DNA of 64,000 bases, taken from positions 1-64,000 of the IMG/VR virus record IMGVR_UViG_3300035204_001773; one strand, written 5' to 3'. A program made the position numbers and the translations under genes. The notes under the pieces are model-generated. The model worked only from the letters and a program-made list of their open reading frames with translations, ran no database searches and was not told the DNA's origin. Shown here piece after piece: positions 17,555 through 25,226 of the stretch (its first letter is position 1; the number at the start of each line of letters is the position of its first letter). The DNA is from a virus.

Positions 17555-17587
17555 CATCTCCACCCTTTGGCCCCCTTGATAAAACTA

Positions 17588-18517
17588 TTAATCTCTTCTT
17601 ATTAAGATCATTTTGGGGTATGTTACCCTCAACATAAACGGAAACATTTTCTTGGCTGCGGCCTCATCAGAGGTCTCTTCTTCTTCGGCTTTTGGACTGT
17701 GTTCTACTGGCATTTCGGTTACCTCTTTTTCGCTGGGCATCGGACGGCTTGGATCAAGCGCCCACATAATCTTATGCTCAATGCAATATTCCTGCATCCT
17801 GCGCACGGGAACAATAAGATTAAATCCTTCTCCAGCGCCTCTGACAAGCATTCCTACGTATCTCGCGTCAGATTTTAAATACACGCCTCCACCCGAGCTT
17901 CCCGGAAATGCCGTGCAAGTCGTCTGGTCAAAAACAAATTTATTTAAAGACTTAATTAATCTCCCGTGCTGAGAATAAATACCATCAGTCATGCTGTTTG
18001 CTCCCATTTGCCCAAGTAAGCTGCCAACGTGAAGTAAGTCTTGACCTAGCGGGGGGATTTTTTCATCAAGATAAAAGGTGACCGTGTCTTTGACAAAGTT
18101 TAATTTTCTAACTCTAAGTAGAGCAAGATCGTGGCCATCTTTGGCGTCACTATACTTTAGCACCTCAGCGTCCATCTGTAAGCGGCCTACCGTTCTTCCG
18201 TTCTGCCTAATCTCTTTTACAACCATTGGGTCTTTAAACTCTACGATTGTTTTAGTCGTGCCGTTTACTAATACTTTTCTCTCCGATCTAAGGTTATCGA
18301 TAACGTGACCAGCGGTCCATATAAAATTTACCAAATTTCCTTTTGAATCTTTTCTAGTGAAGACTACTCCAGACCCTTCTCCGTTAGAGAATTGCCCCTC
18401 GGACCTAATTGTAACGGAGACATTTTGGAGATGGTCTGCTGTGGCTTGTTTCTTCTCAGCACCTAACGAAGACGTTAAAAGAGTGAGACCTAAGGCTAAA
18501 GATGTTAATATTTTCAT
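17588..18517 (-). CDS. Secreted trypsin-like serine protease
   Basis: Signal peptide, GSG, TAGHV, HDLALL, PGSSGGG triad motifs. Confidence 0.9.
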   Translation of the reverse strand: MKILTSLALGLTLLTSSLGAEKKQATADHLQNVSVTIRSEGQFSNGEGSGVVFTRKDSKGNLVNFIWTAGHVIDNLRSERKVLVNGTTKTIVEFKDPMVVKEIRQNGRTVGRLQMDAEVLKYSDAKDGHDLALLRVRKLNFVKDTVTFYLDEKIPPLGQDLLHVGSLLGQMGANSMTDGIYSQHGRLIKSLNKFVFDQTTCTAFPGSSGGGVYLKSDARYVGMLVRGAGEGFNLIVPVRRMQEYCIEHKIMWALDPSRPMPSEKEVTEMPVEHSPKAEEEETSDEAAAKKMFPFMLRVTYPKMILIRRD

Positions 18518-18543
18518 AATGTAACTTATTTATTTTAAGAATT

Positions 18544-18849
18544 TTACGCATCTAGTTCTAATAAAAAAACGCCCTTATCTTTAATTGTCGCCTTACTGTA
18601 TTCCTCCCCTATTCCTAGGAAGATTTTAAGCTCATGCTGGTCTATTGGCGACAACATAAGCATTGAATTCTTATATGTAACTTCTGCATGTTGTTCTCTA
18701 TTTCTCTTAGTGCAAGCACAACCATTATTTATTCGTAAAAATATATCTTTGAATTGATTTAATGCTGCAGGGAAAATTTTACCACGAGACTCCTGCCGCT
18801 GGGCAAATGTCATAAAAGTATACATTTCCTCTATAATAACCTCATTCAT
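18544..18849 (-). CDS. Hypothetical protein
   Basis: ORF with GCAC motif. Confidence 0.65.
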   Translation of the reverse strand: MNEVIIEEMYTFMTFAQRQESRGKIFPAALNQFKDIFLRINNGCACTKRNREQHAEVTYKNSMLMLSPIDQHELKIFLGIGEEYSKATIKDKGVFLLELDA

Positions 18850-19198
18850 ACGCTTTTTTCTCCAAAAAAGAAGCTAAATAATAAATAATCAAACCCAGTA
18901 CGTACACCACGGGGATAAGGCACAGTTCCCTGTGATAAAAATAAAAAAATATACTGAGCCATACAGAGACGCATTTTGGGCAAGAGATTAGCCTTAAAAA
19001 GAATCCATCATGAAATAAAACGAGGTAATCTGGATACATTAAATCCGGATTAAGACCCTTCTCTTTTTTGTAGGAAATAAGGTCGAAGTACAGTTCTAAT
19101 TTTAAAAGAGAACAGTATTCAGTAAACGCTTCTGTTTTAAACCATAGCAAAAGCAAAGAAGCTAAAAGAAAAGAAAATGTTAAAGCGGTTTCCCACAC
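18842..19198 (-). CDS. Membrane protein with CPxC..VW motif
   Basis: TM segments, LISCPKCVSVW. Confidence 0.7.
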   Translation of the reverse strand: MWETALTFSFLLASLLLLWFKTEAFTEYCSLLKLELYFDLISYKKEKGLNPDLMYPDYLVLFHDGFFLRLISCPKCVSVWLSIFFYFYHRELCLIPVVYVLGLIIYYLASFLEKKAYE

Positions 19199-19204
19199 TC
19201 CTTA

Positions 19205-19966
19205 TTATTCCCCCGTTGATCCCAGTAAATTTTTAGCCCTCGGCTTAATCTCTTCGGCGCGCTCCCATGTTACGGTATTACATTTCTCGATGACTAGAGA
19301 AGCTAATCTCATGCCGGGCTTGATATATACCCCCTCGTCCTGTGTAACGTTTGCTATCACTATTTTGATAGTGTCTGAGTAGTTACTATCGATTACCTCA
19401 TTCATTATCATAACACCCTCTCTAAGAGCTATGCTACTACGAGGAACTATTCTTCCATAGTACCCCTCTGGGATTTCTACTTTGATCCCAGTGTCGATAA
19501 CTGCTCTCCTCATTCCTAAAACTTCCATGGAGGTACCAGCGGGGACAAATAAATCGTATCCCGCATCCCCTTTTAAAAACTTGGTAGGGGGCAACGCGTT
19601 ATTGGCTTTTTCGTATTTTATATTTACATCTGTATTCATATCAGTATAGGGTTTAAGATCTTCTTCCTCTATTCTACCGTCTTTGTCTAGATATCTCTTA
19701 ACGTGAGATAAATCAGTAATAGAAATATCTTGGTGAGAAGAAGGGGCTAAAAGCGACCGTGATTCTGCTTCCTTGTTTGAATTTATCAATCTTTGGTTGG
19801 CGGCACGAAGTGAAAAAAGCTCTTCCTCCGCAGTTTGTAATTGGCGACTCATCGTCTCCGCTGTCAGGCGGGCTTCTGCGAGCTCCCTACCTAACATTTG
19901 TTCCCTCGGCGGTATTTCCGAAGGCCCCTTTTCTTTCTTAAAAAAATCCTTAAGCCACTTCAGCAT
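19205..19966 (-). CDS. dut: Trimeric dUTPase-like protein with N-terminal coiled coil, degenerate motifs
   Basis: DAGYDL, GRIVPRSS, VIDSNY, LGSTG. Confidence 0.8.
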   Translation of the reverse strand: MLKWLKDFFKKEKGPSEIPPREQMLGRELAEARLTAETMSRQLQTAEEELFSLRAANQRLINSNKEAESRSLLAPSSHQDISITDLSHVKRYLDKDGRIEEEDLKPYTDMNTDVNIKYEKANNALPPTKFLKGDAGYDLFVPAGTSMEVLGMRRAVIDTGIKVEIPEGYYGRIVPRSSIALREGVMIMNEVIDSNYSDTIKIVIANVTQDEGVYIKPGMRLASLVIEKCNTVTWERAEEIKPRAKNLLGSTGE

Positions 19967-19979
19967 ACAATATTATAAA

Positions 19980-20393
19980 CTATAAGATTATTCTTTTCAA
20001 ATTAATATCATAAAATTTAAAAATATCTAAAGCCTTAGAATCTCTCTCGTATTCTTCTGCGTAAATAACTTCTTTTACCCCATAAGAAGCTATCATTGTG
20101 GCACAATACGAGCAGGGCAAAAGCGTTACTGCTAGTAAATCCACCTCCCCTTTCCTGCATAAAGACAAGCAGTTCGCTTCGGCATGGATCATATACTTTC
20201 TCCGCTCGTCTCTATCCAACCAAAAATCCAAATCCACCTCCTTACCTGAGGCAAGGCCATTATACCCCAATCCCAAAACCATATGGTCCCTATTTAAAGC
20301 GCAAGCCCCCACCTTTCGATAGGGGTCTTCGCTTCTTAGAGCCGCTGTCTTGGCTAGCTCTATAGCGTAGTCATGCCAAGCCAACCGCTTCAT
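19980..20393 (-). CDS. dCMP deaminase
   Basis: RSEDP..KVGAC, GYNG, HAEAN, PCSYC. Confidence 0.92.
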   Translation of the reverse strand: MKRLAWHDYAIELAKTAALRSEDPYRKVGACALNRDHMVLGLGYNGLASGKEVDLDFWLDRDERRKYMIHAEANCLSLCRKGEVDLLAVTLLPCSYCATMIASYGVKEVIYAEEYERDSKALDIFKFYDINLKRIIL

Positions 20394-20474
20394 TTTTAAT
20401 CCCTGCAGACGTGGCCAGCAGCACTAACCATCTTCCAAACAACCATGGAAAGTATAATTGTTAAAACTAACATC

Positions 20475-20738
20475 TTAAAAATCCATTTCGTCAGAGACTT
20501 CCTCCTGCTTTGCAGCAGCCATAAAAGAATAGAGCCAGCTTGGTCTTCCGATTTTATTAGAGGCCCTCTTCGTTTTAACAAGAACGCCATCTTTTACGTT
20601 TCGATTAATTTTATTATGAACCGAGACTCTAGATACGATATCGCTGTTCATTTTGAATACTTGTTCGGCTGTGAATTCGCCCTCGGGCCATTGAATTTCG
20701 GTCTCAGGGCGACCTCTTTTTGATTTTATTGTTTCCAT
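20475..20738 (-). CDS. Small winged-helix-like DNA-binding protein
   Basis: KRGRP, FTAE...SRVSVHNKI...GRPSWLY; own promoter 20748-20777. Confidence 0.6.
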   Translation of the reverse strand: METIKSKRGRPETEIQWPEGEFTAEQVFKMNSDIVSRVSVHNKINRNVKDGVLVKTKRASNKIGRPSWLYSFMAAAKQEEVSDEMDF

Positions 20739-20826
20739 ACTATTTATAGAATAACATAACTTTATTTAATTTGTCAACACTTTTTTTACTTTATTTTGAT
20801 AGCTAAAATCTCTATAATAACCATAT

Positions 20827-21237
20827 ATGACTATAGATGATGTTAGAAACGCTCTCTGGAGTTGGTTTGAATCTAATGACTCTTTTGAAATAGAGAGAGA
20901 TGGATCTAAATTATTACTATTAACCGATGGGGAGATGGACGAAAAACAAGCAGGAATTAAATGCGCATTAGCAGACTTCGCTGAAAGCGGGGTCGTAAAA
21001 AAATGTGAGCACAAAGAAAAAACGTACTATATACTTACCAAGAGTATAGACATGTACGAACAAAGTGTCTCGCTTAACTTCGTAACCGCGAGGCAACTTG
21101 CCTTAACAGTGAATAATTTCTGTGAAGTCATTGGCGATAAAACCGACTGGGTAGATAGAGAATCTGTTCAGGAGAAGGACGTGAGAAGCTTAATCGCTAT
21201 CATAAATATATTAGAAGAAAAATTAAAAGACGCTTGA
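20827..21237 (+). CDS. Hypothetical protein
   Basis: First plus-strand gene after the divergent AT-rich region. Confidence 0.75.
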   Translation: MTIDDVRNALWSWFESNDSFEIERDGSKLLLLTDGEMDEKQAGIKCALADFAESGVVKKCEHKEKTYYILTKSIDMYEQSVSLNFVTARQLALTVNNFCEVIGDKTDWVDRESVQEKDVRSLIAIINILEEKLKDA

Positions 21238-21267
21238 CATAAACATAAAAATGAGCATAGTATAGAG

Positions 21268-21690
21268 TCTTAGCTTTTTACTAAGCGGCGAATAGCTTTC
21301 GGGGGTAATCCCGAATCAAACACGTAAGAGACAACAGGCCCGTAAAAAGACTACAAACGAACAAGGCTAATAACCTTGCTGTTATTTCGGGAAAAAGCGG
21401 CAGTTGAGTTTGTACGGAATATTAATTCCGATGTTAGAGACTTCATCCTCTCAAGAGGAAAAGGCTGACAGTCAACAAAATAAGTCCCGCCGCATAAATG
21501 TAAAAGTTATACATAGCCAGAGTGGTTGTGAGCTAGGCTAAAAGCGGCCAATGCGAAGGACTGAAGCGGGCACTCATGGACAGAAGATTCTAGTAGAGAG
21601 TGGCATCTCTAAGTTGACATGCTATGTTCTTATCCAACTTCAGATGAAAAGTATATAATCATGGAAAGGCTGACAGTCAAATCTTAAACT
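21268..21690 (+). ncRNA. Large structured ncRNA candidate (~420 nt)
   Basis: Own promoter TTGACA 21234-21239 / TAGTAT 21258-21263; no ORF of 60 aa or more; more than 10 helices; 16-nt exact internal repeat. Confidence 0.75.
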
Positions 21691-21693
21691 TAA

Positions 21694-21769
21694 GCGAGTG
21701 TAGCTCAGTTGGTAGAGCGTGTCGTTGCCAACGATAAGGTCGTGGGTTCGATTCCCATCACTCGCTCCA
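21694..21769 (+). tRNA. tRNA-Gly(GCC)
   Basis: Cloverleaf, loop TT-GCC-AA, GGTTCGATTCC, CCA. Confidence 0.95.
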
Positions 21770-21827
21770 TTCTTAATTTAAAAAAGTTCTTGACAAACTA
21801 TATAAAAAAGAGTTATTATAAGGAATA

Positions 21828-22439
21828 ATGAATAGAACACCGATTGGATTGGCAGGAGTGGCTGGAGCGGGGAAGGATTTATTTTTCTCTCTTCTGAGCA
21901 GGAAATTACCCGTTAGGAGATTTGCTCTCGCGGACGAATTAAAGAGAGAGACAACGCATCTTTGCATGGAAGCGTATGGAGTTGACCCTATGAATTGTAG
22001 TAGGAAGGAAAAAGAGGAGATAAGATCATTTCTGGTTGACTATGGGACGCGAAAGAGGAGTGCTTCAAACGGCAGGCACTGGATTGATAAGCTTGATTAT
22101 AAAGTAAGGGGGTTCTTACTAAATGCTGTCACGAACGACATACCTGTTGTTACGGATATTCGATATCAGGAGTATGATAATGATGAGGTTTATTGGGTCA
22201 AGGAGGAGATGAAGGGAGTCTTGGTTCACATATCTCAGTTTGAAATTCAACGAGCAACTGGCGAGAAGCAGTATCGTCAGCCAGCCAACTCAGAAGAAGA
22301 AAGGATGGACCCAATTGTCAAGTCTCTAGCTAATTATGAGATTTCATGGCCTAGGGTTAAAGAAGATATTGGAAGATCAGCAATATTAAATCAACACGTT
22401 AATAACTTCGTAGAATGGTATAAGAATGAGTATAAATGA
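21828..22439 (+). CDS. Deoxynucleoside monophosphate kinase
   Basis: GLAGVAGAGKD, ALADELK, R..LVDYGT, VVTDIRY..E. Confidence 0.85.
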   Translation: MNRTPIGLAGVAGAGKDLFFSLLSRKLPVRRFALADELKRETTHLCMEAYGVDPMNCSRKEKEEIRSFLVDYGTRKRSASNGRHWIDKLDYKVRGFLLNAVTNDIPVVTDIRYQEYDNDEVYWVKEEMKGVLVHISQFEIQRATGEKQYRQPANSEEERMDPIVKSLANYEISWPRVKEDIGRSAILNQHVNNFVEWYKNEYK

Positions 22440-22761
22440 AATAGCTAACGAATATATAAACTTACTATGGAGGGCGTTCCAAAGTGACCTTGATATCCTT
22501 TCCAATTGGTGGATGTGGGCCGCTTTATTAATACCAGCGGTGTTATATATACTTTTTATGGTTGTTAAATGGACGATATTACTATTCCCCATTTGGATGC
22601 CGCTTAACTTACTACGAATACCTTTTCGAAGAAAACCGTCGTATGTATCGACAGGTAACTTTATTGAAGACATGATAAACATACGAGCGAAAGCCTCAGA
22701 GAGGATAAAAAAGGAGAATCCAAGAAAACCTGTCGCATATATTAGCGACAATGGAAAATGA
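22426..22761 (+). CDS. Membrane protein
   Basis: Hydrophobic central segment. Confidence 0.65.
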   Translation: MSINEIANEYINLLWRAFQSDLDILSNWWMWAALLIPAVLYILFMVVKWTILLFPIWMPLNLLRIPFRRKPSYVSTGNFIEDMINIRAKASERIKKENPRKPVAYISDNGK

Positions 22762-23350
22762 CAATGTATTAATTAACAGGATAAAGGGAGAGAATTGTAG
22801 CGAAAGTTTTTCAGAGCTTTCAAACAGGCATGAAAATTTATACTATAAAATATGCCAAAAATATTCTCCCGCTTTAAAGTCTGTGGGTGTTTTCTTAAAT
22901 GATGTTTTTGATGATAAAAATTTTATAATATATAAAGCTTTACAGTCATTCGATCACAATAAAAACACGAAATTCTCCACATGGCTAGGTAATCACGCTA
23001 GATATCATTGTCTAAACTTCATAAATTCTAATAATAAATATCTTCATTGCGAGGGCGATGATCTAACCTTCTTTATAGAAAGAAGAAACGTTCTAGAGTC
23101 TTCCACTAAACCTACAGACGAGGAACAAAGTTTAACTGATCAAATTTTTGATGTTTTATCACGACTTAAAGACGAGAGGATTTACTTGATATACAAAGAG
23201 CGGTACGCAAAAGACAAAGAGAAACAAACATGGACCAAGATAGCTAAAAAATTGAATATCAGCACGCAGACAGTCATCAATCTTCATACCAAAGGACGAA
23301 ATATCCTACAGAACAAAATGAAAACACAAAAATATTTAGATTTTGTTTGA
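22751..23350 (+). CDS. Phage sigma70-family sigma factor
   Basis: Region 2 (ALQSFD...KFSTWLGNHARY) and region 4 HTH (TWTKIAKKLNISTQTV). Confidence 0.85.
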   Translation: MENDNVLINRIKGENCSESFSELSNRHENLYYKICQKYSPALKSVGVFLNDVFDDKNFIIYKALQSFDHNKNTKFSTWLGNHARYHCLNFINSNNKYLHCEGDDLTFFIERRNVLESSTKPTDEEQSLTDQIFDVLSRLKDERIYLIYKERYAKDKEKQTWTKIAKKLNISTQTVINLHTKGRNILQNKMKTQKYLDFV

Positions 23351-23383
23351 CAAAGATTTATAAATAGAATATACTAAGAGAAT

Positions 23384-23662
23384 ATGGAAAACCAAACACA
23401 GCAAAAAACACAGAACGAAGAACTGGGCGCTCTATGGAAGCGTACATCACAACAAGGTCAGAAGTATCTGGCGGGTCACCTCAAAGTGGGGGAATTTGGA
23501 GAAGAGCAAACCGTAAAGGTTGTTGTTTTTCAAAACAGGAACAAGAGCAACGAGAAGCAACCGGATTTCCGGATGTACAAATCTCAAGCTCCTTCCACCG
23601 CAAGCGCGGTAAAGACCGAGGAAGTACAACAAAGCGAAGAGACTGAAGAAAGTCTACTGTAA
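23384..23662 (+). CDS. DUF736-like small protein (possible ssDNA binder)
   Basis: GALWKR...YLAG...VVF.N..K..KQPDFR, acidic tail. Confidence 0.7.
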   Translation: MENQTQQKTQNEELGALWKRTSQQGQKYLAGHLKVGEFGEEQTVKVVVFQNRNKSNEKQPDFRMYKSQAPSTASAVKTEEVQQSEETEESLL

Positions 23663-23665
23663 ATC

Positions 23666-24745
23666 ATGGCAGACTTTGCGGTCCATCTTCCTATTAACTC
23701 TGTTTCTTTTGGGCAGGTTTCAATAAACCTTCTTAAAGAAATTAAGAGTCGGGGTCTGCATCCCTCTATCTTTCCGATGGGGGATGTGGACCTCTCAGCT
23801 GAGGAGGATGATAAAGATTTTCAACAGTGGCTCAAGGAAAACGTTGAGAAATCCCTAAAGGAACACAGAAGATCAACGCCTACAATTAAGTTATGGCACT
23901 TAAATCATGAAGGGTTACAATCTTACAGTGATAAGACTATACTTATAACATTCTACGAGTTAGATTCCCCCACAAAGCAAGAGCTCAATATAGCCAGCAA
24001 CCATACGACGGTAGTAACCTCAAAGTACACGCAGAGCGTATTTCAAGAAGCGGGTGCAGAGGCGCATTATGTACCATTGGGCTTTGACAATCATAATTTT
24101 AAAGACACAAATAAATCTTACTTCAAAGATGGGAGGATGGTTTTCAATTTATGCGGTAAATTTGAGAAAAGAAAGCGTCACGAAAAAGTTCTAAAAGCTT
24201 GGGTAAAAGAATTCGGAAATGATACTAAGTACCATTTACAGTGCGCGTTATACAACAAGTTTATGGCCCCCGAGCACAACAATCAAGCATTAGGGCAAGC
24301 TCTAGAAGGCAAGAAATATTCGAACGTTTCCTTCTTAAACTGGATGGCTAAAAATTCTCTATATAATGACTTTCTTAATTCTTCGAATATTGTTATTGGT
24401 ATGTCGGGAGGAGAAGGGTGGAGCTTGCCAGAGTTTCATTCAATTGGTCTTGGTAAACACGGGGTAATTTTAAATGCACACGTACATAAAGATTGGGCGA
24501 ACAGTAAGAACTCTGTGCTAGTAGAGCCATCAGAAAAGATAAAAGCGTACGACGGCGGCTTCTTTAGAGAAGGTGATGAAATTAATCAGGGTAATATTTT
24601 TGACTTTAACGAAGATGATTTTATTTCTGGATGTCATGAGGCTATTAAAAGAGTCGAAGCTAATAAGGTAAATGAGGACGGGCTATTAATACAAGAGAAA
24701 TTTACTTACTCCAAAACGCTAGACCAACTCCTCGACCTGCTTTGA
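23666..24745 (+). CDS. GT4-like glycosyltransferase
   Basis: VPLG.D, GKFEKRK, SGGEGWSLPE. Confidence 0.85.
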   Translation: MADFAVHLPINSVSFGQVSINLLKEIKSRGLHPSIFPMGDVDLSAEEDDKDFQQWLKENVEKSLKEHRRSTPTIKLWHLNHEGLQSYSDKTILITFYELDSPTKQELNIASNHTTVVTSKYTQSVFQEAGAEAHYVPLGFDNHNFKDTNKSYFKDGRMVFNLCGKFEKRKRHEKVLKAWVKEFGNDTKYHLQCALYNKFMAPEHNNQALGQALEGKKYSNVSFLNWMAKNSLYNDFLNSSNIVIGMSGGEGWSLPEFHSIGLGKHGVILNAHVHKDWANSKNSVLVEPSEKIKAYDGGFFREGDEINQGNIFDFNEDDFISGCHEAIKRVEANKVNEDGLLIQEKFTYSKTLDQLLDLL

Positions 24746-24748
24746 AAC

Positions 24749-25117
24749 ATGCCAATCTACCTATTCAAACATCCGGAGAAAGACATCGTTATTGAAGATC
24801 TCCAAAAGATGAGCGATCCCCATGTTTACGTAGACGAAGACGGGGTTGAATGGGAAAGGGTGTGGACATCTCCAAATGCTGGGGTAGACTCTCAACTAGA
24901 CGGCTCCAAAGAAAGCTTTATGAAATACACGGCTAACAAAAAAGGGAACATTGGAGATTTATTCGATGCTTCTCAAAGATGTAGCGAGATGAGAAAAAAA
25001 GAACGAGGTAAAGACTCTCTAAAAGATAAATATTTTGAAAATTACAGTAACAGACGCGCAGGCAAGAAGCACCAGCAAGATCCGAAGGGAAAGCATAGTC
25101 GTAAATTTTTTAAATAA
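24749..25117 (+). CDS. FmdB-like hypothetical protein
   Basis: MPIY.F...WERVW..P pattern, without the Cys residues. Confidence 0.55.
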   Translation: MPIYLFKHPEKDIVIEDLQKMSDPHVYVDEDGVEWERVWTSPNAGVDSQLDGSKESFMKYTANKKGNIGDLFDASQRCSEMRKKERGKDSLKDKYFENYSNRRAGKKHQQDPKGKHSRKFFK

Positions 25118-25226
25118 AATACACTTTTATTCCCCCCGTTAACATTTTATTCACAATCGTGATTTTCGTCTTTACTTTTTCATTAAAATTGATGTAATAT
25201 GTGATACTGAAAGAGCACTCAAAAAG

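Noticed and set aside
21455-21590. RNase P RNA reading of the large ncRNA (GAGGAAA, AAGTCC, ACAGAA)
   Set aside because: The motifs are not contiguous as GAGGAAAGUCC, and no P4 partner or terminal P1 was found.
13000-21800. Theta/HDV-like ribozymes after tRNAs; suppressor tRNAs or recoded stops
   Set aside because: tRNA trailers are short AT-rich spacers, all anticodons are sense, and genes are intact in the standard code.
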